Numbered from the whole stretch's first letter, positions 39,031 through 52,367 are shown. The stretch is DNA of 55,286 nt, filler included, from Sluysia triapertura (GCA_046118255.1; 4 parts of 4 records of this genome joined end to end with filler, not necessarily neighbours in it); one strand, 5' to 3'. The notes: generated by a model not told the origin, from the letters alone. Numbers and translations are program-made.

Positions 39031-39423
39031 TACAGCCTTAGCATAAGATCCTAAGCATGTAGATTATTATTTAATTCAATTAGTTAGAGTAAAATCTTGA
39101 GAAAAGAAAATATCTTATGTGACGAAAATCCAATAGTTATTAGCTATAATTCGTGAATATGAAAAATGATATATATAAACATGAAAATTTTATAAAACAA
39201 AAGTAATTTTTGATTAATGAAAATTGCTCATTTGTTAAATGCCTATTATAAACATAATTAAAAAAATCTTTTTAATGAGTTTTGTGTTCTTTAACCCTTC
39301 GGTGATCGCGGCTGATCATTCAGCGTATAACTTGAAGGTCATGTCTAGCTAACTTATATATTGTAATTAAAAATAAATAAACTGTGATTATATTATACTT
39401 GTAGTATTTTTTAATTTTTATTG

Positions 39424-39523
39424 NNNNNNNNNNNNNNNNNNNNNNNNNNNNNNNNNNNNNNNNNNNNTTAATTAATTAANNNNNNNNNNNNNNNNNNNNN
39501 NNNNNNNNNNNNNNNNNNNNNNN
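39424..39523. other. Artificial contig linker
   Basis: 44N-TTAATTAATTAA-44N. Confidence 0.98.
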
Positions 39524-39584
39524 GCAACTAATGTTATTTATCTATTATTTTCTTGAATTTTTTCGAGATCTGTATGTATTTCAG

Positions 39585-39748
39585 TCGTTTACATTTATCA
39601 CTGAACATAGTCGCATCTGTAAACTTATTCTTGAGACAGCAATGGGAAACCATGAAATGTATCTGAAACGACGTCAAGCTGATTCTATTGAAATGCAACA
39701 AATGAAAGCACAAGCTGAAGAAGAAAGAAAAGTGAAAATATCTTATAA
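39585..39748 (+). CDS. moe: ERM protein exon: end of FERM domain
   Basis: TTTCAG acceptor. SFTFITEHSRICKLILETAMGNHEMYLKRRQADSIEMQQMKAQAEEERK matches ERM RINKRIL.LCMGNHELYMRRR.PDTIEVQQMKAQA. GTTAGT donor at 39749 (phase 2). Confidence 0.92.
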
Positions 39749-39945
39749 GTTAGTGTTTTATAGTATAATTTCTATATTATTATTATTTTTAACATATGTA
39801 AACGATTTTTGGTTTTTCAAATTAAATGTTTTTCACGTATATTCATGTTTATTCAGTTCATTTGTAAACGAAATCCAAAATGTGTACTTTTTAAAATTTA
39901 CAAAATCATTTAAAATTTTTTTTATAGCTTTTTTCTTTCTTTCAG

Positions 39946-40180
39946 AGATCGAATAACTCTTGAACGACTTGCTAAAGAAGAAGTAGAAAGGAAATTAAAA
40001 GAAATGGAAATACTGCTAAAAGAAACCAGTGAAATTAATGTCGAATATCAACAAAAAATCGAAGAATATGAAAGAAGAATAAAGGAATTGGAAGAATTGT
40101 TAAAAAAACAAAGAGAACAGGAAGAACAATTACGTTATAAAAAAGATGAAATGGAGCGTAAATATTATGAAATGATTGAG
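39946..40180 (+). CDS. moe: ERM protein exon: alpha-helical coiled-coil linker
   Basis: TTTCAG acceptor, phase-compatible with the previous exon. E/K/R-rich DRITLERLAKEEVERK...YYEMIE; GT donor at 40181. Confidence 0.88.
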
Positions 40181-40271
40181 GTTAATTTATTTGAAATGTC
40201 ATAAACTGTTATATATTTTATGATAAGTTTTATATCTGTGTGTTAAAAGTGTCAAAAATAATAAAACAAAT

Positions 40272-40353
40272 TTTTGGACTGCAGCTGATAGCTCAGACGA
40301 AACAACACTAGTTTCTTAGAATCCAAGCTTGTTTATTTTCTAAAGTTAGACAT
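40272..40353 (+). repeat. Diverged copy of tRNA-like TIR element
   Basis: Shares GAC...GCTGATAGCTCAG and the terminal ATTTT..AAAGT...ACA with 54424-54499. Confidence 0.4.
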
Positions 40354-40512
40354 TTAAAATATCCAATGACTTATATTTTTGTCAAAGAGCTAGAATGTTC
40401 ATTTTAAGCATAATTATTTTCAAAGGCTACATTTCCGAGATCTTACTTGAAAATGACCTTATACATTAAATTTATTTGTATAAATAAAAAGAGAATATAT
40501 ATATATATATAT

Positions 40513-40602
40513 ATTGTGACTTCATAAAATTGAATGACCGGGAATCGAATCCGGAATGTCTCGCTTCACAGCTTTGCATTTCGATCAGCCCCATCTAGCA
40601 AT
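40513..40602 (-). repeat. tRNA-derived element with terminal inverted repeats (copy 2)
   Basis: Reverse strand reads ATTGCTAGATGGGGCTGAT-CGAAATGCA...GGATTCGATTCCCGG...ATTTTATGAAGTCACAAT. B-box and both termini match 54424-54499. Confidence 0.65.
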
Positions 40603-42161
40603 TTTATTTCATTATAGTCACTTATAGTACCATTATTCTAAATGACAATATGTATATATATTCATACAAAATTTTAATAAATCATACTATACTAAAGATC
40701 ACATTTTTACATCACTCAATGTATACATTACATTAAAATCATTAAAATTTAAAAATAGCAATAAACTAAATGGAATTTCTTTTAATACTTCTAACCCTGT
40801 TTATACTCTCATATCACATTTTTTCATAATTTTTATTTTTATCTGTTATTGTTTTCTTCCACTAACAACGAACGTGAAGATCATAGTTTACATATTATTT
40901 ATTCATTAGCCATGTCTCTACTCACTCGAATAATAGTTTTTATTAAACAGGCTCAATAAATACAGAACATCTAAATTTAACCAATAATCTTGATCACAAT
41001 AATTTTACTCAAAGTCAAGATAATAAAAATGAAGACAAAGAATAAATAACAACATCCTAATCATCAACAAACTTTAAGTTTTGTGCCTAATCACCTGACA
41101 GATAATCGCTTTTATTGGCTATTTGAATTTGCATTGTGATTGCACAGAGTTACCAGAATTGGTTGGCACAGTTTACTATTTCACAATTTGTTTAATCGCA
41201 ATATTACTTTTAATTAGCAGCCACAATTTTGAGTTCATATCACTATATGATGTCAATTAGTAAAAAAGGGTCAAAAGTTCTTTTTTAAAGAATTTTTATG
41301 TGGAACCGAACCGACAATAGTGACTGAAATTAATGTAATTATTAGTCCGAAAGTCGCATCAATCGGTAAAAGTCTCATTGTCAATTCTAATAAAAACGTC
41401 ACTTCACCGAATATTAATATTGATAGAACGGACTTTCTAAAACATTTTAAACCTTGCATTCATCATAGTATTAATACAAGACCAATAATAATAATAATAA
41501 TATCGAAAATGGTATCTCTCAATAACACAAATTCAATTACTTCATTTATTACCCTGAAAGATATTGGATAATTCATCTCAAGCATCAACTGATATAAGAA
41601 ACGATGTAATTATTATATATCCTATTGTAAATAATAGTTGAAATAATGTTTTTAATGGCTTGGTGTTTAATCTTTCTTGATATATGTTCAATATATTAAA
41701 CACATACTTCGTTAATTCCACTTTATAATACTTGATTATAATTCATTATAATTGTATGTCCAATTTCTTTCTATGTAAGTGATTGTAATACATGTAATAT
41801 TATGATAATATGACCAATTTTCTCTAATAACACTAGTTTGTATTTTGTGGTTGCTAGTATTAGTTTTTTCAATTGTATTTTATTGAAATCTTGTGTATTT
41901 TGATTACTAGTTTTATTCAGTTGAGTTTCACTTCACGTTGTTTGTTTTCTTTATTTATTATTCAAATTAAATGCATTTTTGAGATATCTCTTTCTTAATT
42001 TCTCTTTTGAATTTTATTAAAAGTTATTTTAAATTGTAAAAAATTAATTAATTCATGCATGACAATTAATGTTTTGTTGAGTAGTAGATTTTAAAAATCA
42101 ATTATTAATTTACAACTAAAAATAAATTATTATCAATGCTATTTTATATTTTACAAAATAG

Positions 42162-42375
42162 GCAAAAGATAATAATAAAGAAGAATATGAAAGGCTGCAA
42201 GCCGAAATGAATCGATTACAAGAAGAAACCAATCAGCTGAATCAAGAATCTGATAAAACAAAGATGGAGTTGGAAAAGAAAAAGTTGGAACTGGAACAAT
42301 CACAACGTGAAAAAGATGATCTTGAAAATCGATTAGAACAAGCTGAAAAATCCAAAGAATCGACTAAAGAAGAAA
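42162..42375 (+). CDS. moe: ERM protein exon: coiled-coil
   Basis: ATAG acceptor, phase 0. AKDNNKEEYERLQAEMNRLQEE...ESTKEE; GTAAGT donor at 42376 (phase 1). Confidence 0.88.
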
Positions 42376-42447
42376 GTAAGTTGGATTATTTGTCATTATT
42401 TATAAACGGTAGCAAATTCATTTTATATTAAAATTCGATGTTTTCAG

Positions 42448-42465
42448 ATGACGAAATTAGTGAAT
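42448..42465 (+). CDS. moe: Candidate 18-nt ERM micro-exon
   Basis: TTTTCAG|ATGACGAAATTAGTGAAT|GTAGGT. Phase 1-1, encodes the acidic NDEISE, typical of the ERM pre-C-terminal linker. Confidence 0.5.
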
Positions 42466-42929
42466 GTAGGTGATAGTAAAGTAATGTTTATGATACATCT
42501 TAGAATAAAATAACATAAATTTTACATGTAGTTTAGATTAGTATAATTTACAGTATTTATATTATTTAATGATTTATTTTTAATAGATATGTAGATGATC
42601 AGTTACTTGAATTTCGTAGCATATATTTATCATGCAAAGCATATTATTAATCCATTGCTCGACTTAGAAAAATGTCTAATTTTTTTACATATTTTAATTT
42701 ATTAACTTATAATTGGATAAGAGAAACAACATTGGAATCCGGTGAATCCAATAGGGTAGTAATTGTAGTTATAGTCAATATAGTAGTATTGCGCTAGCCC
42801 GTGAACGAATCGGGATCGTCGCGGAAGGAGTTAGGCATACTAAACATAAATGTTAAAACGTCAAATGTTATTAAGATATATGAAAGAGTTAAGACTTTTT
42901 AAATGATTCATATGACCTTGAAACTTGCT

Positions 42930-43520
42930 ATGTATTGCTGAATTTGTGAATTCAAAATTTAATGGGAAATTATAAAATGTCGTTTGTTAAAAACTGTATA
43001 CATGAGACACAAAAAATGTACAAAACTATGTATTCACATTTAGAAATAGATTAAAAACATGTATTAGAAAATCGGAATAGTTCGAAATATTTCCAAAAGA
43101 CAATTCAAATATTTTTAGGATTAAACAAAATAAAAATTAGAAAATAAGTGCGAATAAATGGCCAAGAATGAGTCATATTAATTAGTGCACAAAAATATCA
43201 GTAGAGTAAAAGTAATAGTCCAAACGGCCAAAACTATAGCATAGGAAGAATTTAACTAGTATGTAGAAGAAATTGATCACAAAAGTATGCAGTACAAGAC
43301 CAAATTGGAAACAAAATTGGCCATACAAAGAAAGGAATTATCTATCGTATAAATATTATACATTAAACTATAAATAGCGTTTAAAACAGGAAATTAGCCT
43401 GTGAATATCATTTTGAAAGAAATTTTGATGATAAATATTATCTTAAACCAACCACAAGAAGTTTTGATTATTAGAAAACCAATGAGAAATTTTGACTATA
43501 AATATAATTCGTAAGCACAC
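42930..43520 (+). mobile_element. Degenerate LINE APE-endonuclease relic within ERM intron
   Basis: Ordered remnants LNL*IQNL...CIHET, a GDFN-like segment near 43241-43256, DQIGNK and PT..S.DY. Heavily decayed. Confidence 0.35.
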
Positions 43521-45637
43521 TTTTCCAGTTTAATGTAGCGTTTTAAAATATTGTAATAAAATAATAATTAAAAACACTATTTGTTACTAAAGCAAATTCT
43601 GTTAATTAATTAAGTAAACATTTTAAGTTAACTTTGAATCTGAAATATTACGTTTATAGCCATTTTTGATGTAAATATACTCTCTTTATTTAATCACAGG
43701 GCAATTGAAACTGAATAATTAATGTGCTTTGTTTCCTAGAATTTCTTTTATATTTAACATCAAGTGGCGTTTAAATATTTAAAATAACGTTTAAAAACGA
43801 ATACATTTAAAAGTAGATTAAGATTGATGAGTCATCATGTAAAACAATTTTCAAGTTAAAATATATTTTCATTAAATTGTTACATATTGATACTATTGAC
43901 AAAATATTTGTAAGTAAATTGTAATAATTTATTGAAAATGACGGTAAACAAAAACTACTCTATACTATGGATTGTTAATACTTGGACTATCTACTACCCT
44001 ACAATTATCAATAATAGTGTATTTTACAATAGAGTTTAAAATGATCTTAATAATTAATAAAGTAAATTATTTATTAGTTAAGAACATTTGATTGTAATTT
44101 TATCAAATACGAAATAATAATTAAGTCAAAGTGCAGAGCAATAAAAGTTAAAAAATTAAAATGTTCATGTAATTTATTGTTTAAGTACATAAAAATAATT
44201 ATTATCTATTGTATTTTATTAAAATATTTAACTTTTGCAATTAAATTTTGAAAGTAAAGTCTAAAGGTTGATATCAATTTTTGAATTTTACAAAAAAATT
44301 CATTGAACTCTAAATGCTGAACATAATATTTAAGATAATAAAACTATTTACACAGATATATCATATATTTGAATTTATCTTGCTATTTCTACAATAGTAT
44401 GAGACCCAAACAAATGTGTGTTTTGCATTTTTTTACAAAAATAGTCATTTTAAAAGCACATTGTTCTTTTTCATTATTGTTCACATTTATATGTTGTGCG
44501 TGTTTTATAATAATATATTAAACATTTTTCAAAATCAAAATAAGATTTAATTACGTTAATTACGTTAATTTCACAAAATTAAAAAATATTAACTATTATA
44601 AATGTTCCATTACGAATCAAATGTAAAAACCAAGTGTGACACAACCGAAACTGTAATGTCTCAAAAATCAAAATTAATATAACAAAATTTAAACAAAATA
44701 ATAACTAATTACAATCATTTATTAAGTCAGTAAAATCAGAATGTTCAAGTAGGTTAGTTAACATTACAAATGGAACATTAAAAATGGTAATAAAATCCAC
44801 TCGATTATATAGCAATTTTCTAATAATACTTGTCCAATTAATATAATATTGATAAACACCACGTAAACACATTTAATCCTTTTGACATTTATCAAGCAAC
44901 TAATGCAAGCAAATCTGACAAACAATGTCAAATTCCTAATCTTCTTAAAATGACTGATTTAATTAATTGACTTTTAAGAATACATTTTTTATCTTTAGCA
45001 AACACTGTGAACTTTAAAATGATATTTAGTAACACAGCTCATAACTATTAACTTAACTTTTAAGACATGAAAACTATTTTCAATGTGTAATACGTCAAAG
45101 TTAAGTTTTTTAATTAAATAAACATCAAATTCAGAATGGTGTTTCAACAAGGTTTCATTCTATATCTTTTTCTAGTTTATCAGATTACTGCACGATAGGT
45201 AATAATTTGTTAAAATTAATTAAAATAATAATTTCTTATCTTGCATCCGTTAATTTACATCATAAGACTCCAATATTTAGAATAATTATAAATTATAATC
45301 CACCTTGAACTAAAATCATCCTGCGAAAATTAAATAAATTCAATTAAAACATTAAAACATTTCAAGCATTTACAGCATTTTTAATATACTATTTAAAATA
45401 CGTTCAATTAACAATGTCATATTGCCAGCTTTCATATGGCGCACGATTTAGCCTTTAATAAGTTTTATTATCACCATTATTAATATTAACTGTTATTACT
45501 TTTATTAATTCAATTGTAAAAATAATAATTTTTATTAATTTAAGTTTACATCCAGATCTGACAGTTGACTTAATGTGTGAGTCATTGTAATTTAATATAG
45601 AAGGAATTTTAATTAATTATTTTATATGCTGTAACTG

Positions 45638-45792
45638 CTAATTCATAACTGGCCGCTAAAAACTCTTAATCGACCGTTTGATGGCAACACAAACAAAGTT
45701 ATTCTGTCAAAAAACGTATTACTACGTCAACGGCTACTGAATTTCGGACAAAAAATGACGTATTACTACGTTAACGGCCAGTAATGAGTTAA
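45638..45792. mobile_element. ~155-bp MITE, piggyBac-like (TTAA-type ends)
   Basis: CTAA-TTCATAACTGGCCGCTAA ... TTAACGGCCAGTAATGAG-TTAA form imperfect TIRs (18/22). Internal 21-bp direct repeat ACGTATTACTACGTYAACGGC at 45714 and 45758. Confidence 0.65.
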
Positions 45793-46403
45793 GAATGATA
45801 CAATACGTATTGATTTCATTTACATTGATGCTTTAATAACAATATTACTATACTTATTCCAGAGATATTTTGACTGTAACAGATCATTATTTTGGGTAAT
45901 CAATTTATAATCTTCACTGATATCATATACTTATACATCTATAAGCTTCGTGAGGTAATGCATAAGTTTATTTTTATCTCTTTTTTAGCTGTATTTCTTG
46001 TATGCGTTAATTCAAAAGTACAAACAGTAAGGCATCTAATGATTGTTGAAATTTAAGAGTTCCTTGCAGTTTGACTTGTATTTTCAATTATTTCAATCGT
46101 AGAATGGGAATTAATAATGTTCAAGTGACTAGATTTCACTTTCTGACCTTATACTATTATCTGTATGTCTGTCAGTTCTGCAATGGCTTATTATTCAACC
46201 AGATTTATTGTGAGAACATAAGCATAAAACATGTAACAAGGTGATGTGTTATGAGAATATATTAATTTCAAAATACATTGGCTTCCAGCATCAGTACTCA
46301 ACACTTCTTTGTCGTCTATATATTGATATAGAAGACGTTCAACAAAACAATTTTTATAATTATTGATATTATTATTATTATTATTATTATTTTATTTTAA
46401 CAG

Positions 46404-46666
46404 GTGTTAATTTGCGTGATATGAATTTTGTGGACGATCGTCGAGAAGAAGATCGTCAAACATTGACAGCTCGCAATGAATATTTACGTCAACAATTATC
46501 TGATTTGTCTAAAGATTTGAAACAAGTTCGACAAGAGAATAAACTAGATAATATCGATTTGATTCATAATGAAAACCAACGAGTTGGTCGTGATAAATTT
46601 CAGACTTTGAAACAAATTCGCCAAGGAAATACAAAGAAACGTGTCGACAAATTTGAAGCCATGTAA
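46404..46666 (+). CDS. moe: ERM protein last exon: C-ERMAD with F-actin-binding tail
   Basis: AACAG acceptor, phase 1. DRREEDRQT..RNEYLRQQL..L..DL...D.IHNENQRVGRDKFQTLKQIRQGNTKKRVDKFEAM* is a canonical ERM (not merlin) tail with the regulatory Thr retained. Confidence 0.97.
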
Positions 46667-46843
46667 ATTATATCAAACTAAACATTTTCCATAATATACT
46701 TTTAAAAACATTATTTAGTTGGCTTCAAAAACTATATTTATATTTATATTTTATAATAATTTTTCAATAAATTTTCAATTTTTTTTAATAATTATTTATA
46801 TGTAGCTGTGTTACAGAATCTGTACTACAATTTGTATTGTTAA

Positions 46844-46908
<65 letters not shown>
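46844..46908. repeat. (ATT)n microsatellite
   Basis: About 21 perfect units. Confidence 0.95.
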
Positions 46909-48044
46909 GTTTGATTACTTTTATCAAATAAAGACTCTTCTGGTGTTCATTTAATTAATAATAATTCATATTATTTTAAATCAATAAAATATTTTGACAA
47001 AAAATATTTCTTATGATAATATTAAATATTTTCGAAGGGTTTTAAATTATTTTGTCCCATTTTTCTTTATAATTTATTATTGCATTGCGTTTTCAAATTG
47101 ATATTTTGCATTAAAATTGGTTTTTTATATTAAATTTTACTAATTTTATTTCATTAATTTATTTTTGAAGTAGATGTAAAATATTTATTGTTGAGCTTAA
47201 GAATCCAACTCTCTAAGCCTTAATTTAGTTCTATAGCTCTCGTAGAATTACTTTATTGATGATTGTTTTATGATAATTCAAAAAATTTATTTTAAGGCAT
47301 TAAAATTTTTCAAATTACAAAAATGCTTGAGTTAGTAAAATTATTCTCTTAACTGGTTAATTAAACCTATTTATATTTGTGATTCATTGATATAATGTAT
47401 TTTTATCAATTATCGCGCGAATATTTTATTAATAATTTTTTAATATTTATTACTTATTGTAATTATAATAAATTTTTTTTATAAAATGTGTTATTGTATT
47501 AATGTAAAATTTGTCTTGGCTTCTAAGTCTTAAAATTTTACACGTTATCTCTTTGTTTAAATCTATATCAAATTTAAATATGTCTGGATACTATTTTATT
47601 CTCTAAAAATTCTTGTTCTATGTTCGCTTTTAGCTTGAACAATTTATCGTACACGGACGTGTCCACAGGATTTTATAAAACTTAACAAACTTAAAGTTTA
47701 CTAAACTGTCCTTTCTCAAATTATATGATCTAGTTACTTGCGGAAGTGCTTTAATATTTTGTCTGAGTGAAATACCTTACTATTTTTACTTTGTCTATTA
47801 TATTTCTTATTATGCGGCAAGGTTCTCTTATTTATTACAAAATAATACTTTATCTCCGTTAAAAAAATTAAGAATTCTTTATGAAACAAAAATTCTATTC
47901 TAATAAAATAATAAAGGTACTACTATCCACAAATAAAACAAATTGATATAATAATGTAGGTATTACTATCCAAAAGTTTTAACACAAATAAAATAAAAAA
48001 CAAATTGATACAATATAATAATCAAATATTCAGTTTAAAAATTT

Positions 48045-50570
48045 TGATTCTGAGTTTAACCCAGGATTAATTCTTGGGTGCAAATATAATAGATTTTAAA
48101 AATTATTAATGCCTCATAAAAATTAGCTTACTTAGTACTCAAATTTCACAGCTGGATTTGTAATCAAAACTCATTTAAGAACGTTATTCAATACTTTTGA
48201 AAGACGTCTCAATCGATTTCACAATAAATAATGTTTTCGAAATAATCTGATTTGTATTGATGAAACTTGATAAATCGTATCTCCACAATATAACCAAATT
48301 TGTTATGAGAAAAGATAGCGTTCTTAATCCTTTTTTGTATCTCCTTATTATGGTAGTAACATAAATAAAACGTTGTTTATATACCCTTTACTCGTGCACT
48401 TTTCGTTTGTTTATCAAACCGGAAATATCTGATTATTAGTTTTTCGAAAAATTGAATTGTCAATCTATTTTTAACATAAATATTTAAGTTAAATTTCAGT
48501 AGTTTTATAAACATTCAATTAAAATTATAAATTTTATAATTAACATTTTCTTCATTTTCTTAATTAACGATTCAGATTTAATTATTTATTAGTTAATATT
48601 TTTTTCTAAATTTTAGTTATTATTATTTTTACAAATATTTTCAATATGCATAATATTTAATAAAATAAAATTGTTATTTCAACACCATAATAATAATATA
48701 CACAAATAATATTTACAAAATGTTCACAAATAATATAGAAATAATATTTACAGTACTGAATTTTAAAGTTTTATAGTAAAATTAATATTATTAATTAATA
48801 ATAATTATTATTATCGTTGTTAAATTGCTTAAAATAGTATTTGTATAATTATAAAATTGTTGTGTTTTTAGTACTAAAGAATTGTTTAAAATTGCTTCTC
48901 CTTCTTTTAAGTATTGTATATTGTGATTCAAATAATATAAATTAATAAATTGAGTTATTTTATTATTAAAAACTACGAAAAGTTATAAAAATAGATAATA
49001 TTAACAAAAGTGTATAAAATAAATATAAAAAATTTTCACAATATATTAAAAGAATTGCATTAAAAAATTAAAAGTGTAAATTAAACCGCATGTGCTAAGC
49101 CCAACATTTAAGAATTTGAAATTAAACATAAATATCAAATTAGTTTTTTCGACTTCCATTTGATTTAAAGAATCTTATTTTATATATTCAAGTAACGTCA
49201 CTAGCAAGAAAATAAGTTTAAAGTAAAATACAAATGAGATTATATATATATATATATATGTATTCTTTTATACCTCAATTACTTGCATTTTCTTTAAAAA
49301 AGGCTGAAATCTATAAATCGGCCCTTAGTGTGTAAGCCCGATGCTATAGAGGACTCACTAATATTTATATATAAATCAAAATATATTTTTCAAATTAACA
49401 AAATTCGCATAGATAGTATCAATTCCGTGAGTGTAGTAAATTATTTTATTTAAGGTGTTGTTACCTTCCTAGAGAGGTAAAAATTATAAATATAACTTAG
49501 ATTATTTTTGTAAAAGAAATTTTGGATCCCGATCGTTCATGTTTACATTATATTTTGAAAATGGATTAAATATTATTATTTAATGGTCTCTATATCTGAT
49601 TAAATATTTATATTATTTTGAAAAAAACAAAATTATCAATATTATTCATTGAAATAAACAAATTATTTATCACTGGCGAAAATTGTATAAAAGGCTTAAC
49701 ATTGTAACGAAGATACACAATTACAACGTTAATAATGGCTAATTATTATTCTCGGTAAATTTTTAAGTAACCTTGTACAGATTTTTTCGGAACTGTCAAT
49801 ATCTTATCTGAGTCGTCAATATTCGTCAATATCAGATTGAACGGTAAAAGTCCTCCAGCGGAATCATCAGGGATCTACATTACCAATATATCGAAACCAT
49901 TCATTTTTGAAGAATCATAATATCCGGAATTTTAATGAATAAGTATGATATTTTTATTAAGATTTGGCAATAATAAAACTGACTTAAACTAACCATTTTT
50001 TTCGAAACTCAAGCATTCGCCTCAGTCAAAATCTTAGTCAAAATAAGAAGCTTATTTTTATCCAGGATAAATCCTGAGTTTTTATATTTATATATCTATA
50101 TATCATTATAATCTGTTTCTATAATCTTTTGAAAGAATAGATAGTTGTTTCGAAGTTTTTGAGTTATAAATTCAGACAGTAGTAATTTTGTAATTAAATT
50201 TTTGATCAATTAATTTTTGAATAATTATTAAGCATTTTGTTCTAAAACTCATTGAGTTAAAAAATGTTAAATATATCGAAAAGTAACTTGAGTATTAAAA
50301 TAACTAAGACGTTATTGGAAAATTACCACGAGCATTGCATTCAAGTAATTCTTCGCGTAGTATTTTTGCACCAAAAAATCCTGAGCACGTCTTTCACGTA
50401 ATACAAACCGTGCATCACAGGCGTACCCGTAAGTTTAATAATCTTATAATTGTTTCAAACTCAGAAAAGTTGAACAAAATTTCATTTTTTGAGATTAACA
50501 CTATTACAGTTAATCCAAGTAACTTTCGAAGAAAAAGGTTTGATCTCGATTAAACATTTTGCAGAGATCT
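48045..50570 (-). mobile_element. Penelope-like retroelement relic (N-terminal part and GIY-YIG end; RT core not recognisable)
   Basis: NSGFILDKNKLLILTK (cf. NLS...L...E..LL.KGL) at ~50080; PDIMIL...ILVM...EDF...IL (cf. DIII..ADKG...VIM...DY...IL) at ~49930; EALII / LHPRINPGL (cf. EA..I....P.LN) at ~48115-48057. Order is correct. Confidence 0.45.
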
Positions 50571-52193
50571 TTTTGTCTAATTATATAATAAACTTTATTT
50601 ATTTATTAATTTAAATAAATAATTTATATCTAAAATCGTTGTATCAATGTTTTTAATGATTTTTAATATCAGTATGTAAAATTTTAATTAATGATCCTAT
50701 TTAAGAAGGATCATCGTAAACTACATAGATTCAAATTTTATAAATTATAATACCTAATCAAATTTTTCTTTTAAAATCCGAAATTTTCATCGAATATTGC
50801 AAACTATTAAATTCGAAAGATCCTATTAAAGAAAGGATCTATCGTAAAATTTGATAATAAATTAAACGATTAATAATATATAACGAATTATCTTTTGAAT
50901 AGCAGTTTTTACAATTATTTACATAAGGAGTACCGCTAAAAGTTACTAATAAGGCTAAGTTTAACCTCCAATAAAATTTCATTTTATTTCTTTTAAATCC
51001 AACGGTCTAGCCGTAATTCGTAAGCCTAGATATACTCATTATCATACTTTCATTCTGCAGATTACTTTAATAACTTCACTTTATAACTTTTCTAACAAAA
51101 TTTAGAATTAGATTGATCAAATTAGAGGGTCATTTGTAAGACCCTCTAAGTTAAGGACATACCCAACGTATTTTTTGAAAAGATATAGTAAGATTATTAA
51201 CTTTAAGCTACACATATTTACTGTAGGCGCAGGTCTATATTTAAGAAACTCAGATCAGAACTAAAATATGGACCATCAACTAAGTTTAAAATATTTGATT
51301 TAGACGTATCTTCTTAACTTTATAAGGTTCATAGAAACCTATAATATGTATTTTTATTTTGATTGGTTAGTATTCTTTGAGTAAAAATATATCTATTTCT
51401 ACAATCAGCAAGGAGTACATGACTAATATCCTTGATGTTGATACTAATAATAAACTGATAAAGTAAAACGTAAAATAAAAAGAATAATTTCGAAATAAAA
51501 ATATAGAAAAACAGAAATATTATTTTATTGAAATTATTTTTAGAACTTGAATATATATTTATATATATTATAATAATAATACACGTACTTTTCATTTTAC
51601 ATTGTATGTAAAAATTAAAATAACTTAAAATTATCCTACAGTTTATTTATATAAAAAATAATTTATTATTAATTCCGCGTGTGTATTTCGTATAAATTGA
51701 AAATAAATTTTAAAAATTTCAATGTTGAAAATATTGCGTGTGTATGTATGTGATTTAAATTCCATTAACATTTGAAAATGATAGATAAGGTAAAGTCTTA
51801 AAAGTAGACATTAATAATATTTATGTATAAAAAAGTGTATACACAGAAAGTAAGACATAGAAATCTAAAAATTATTGTATAATTTTATGACTAATCAACT
51901 TAGTGTTGGGAAATTCAGACATTTATGTAAATTGTCTGTGTGTATCTCTTATGTACATATTGAGTTTGTGTGTATATATAAAAATTCCAACTTTTCGTGC
52001 ACATGCACGTAAGAATACACAAAGAATGTGTGTATGATTCATAACTGGATTTGAACGTCGGATTAATGTGCGTCGTAATTAATAGTATGATAATTGTATT
52101 AGTATATATACATACGTAATGTATTACTGGTTTTTTATTTAAAATTTGTGCCAATTTTGTAATCATGTTCGAGTAAGTGTGTTCGAAACCTCT

Positions 52194-52212
52194 TGTGTGT
52201 GTGTGTGTGTGT
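52194..52212. repeat. (TG)n microsatellite in presumed promoter/5'UTR
   Basis: Directly visible. Confidence 0.9.
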
Positions 52213-52367
52213 TTATTTTAATTTCGAGCAAGTAAGTTGATTATATTAATTATTAATCAGTTAGTGATTTAGTACATTATTATTTTTGATTTTTGGTTTA
52301 CATTTTGTGTTTTTGTTCAAAATTATATCTCTGTTTAGTTTAGTCAGCTTAATCACTTGAATTTATT

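Noticed and set aside
39531-39956. 141-aa ORF as a standalone membrane protein
   Set aside because: It is an ERM exon read through into flanking intron sequence; splice sites give a coherent ERM frame.
46930-51300. Possible mitochondrial insertion or self-splicing intron
   Set aside because: No recognisable mitochondrial gene, rRNA or group II domain V motif; Penelope-like remnants explain part of it.
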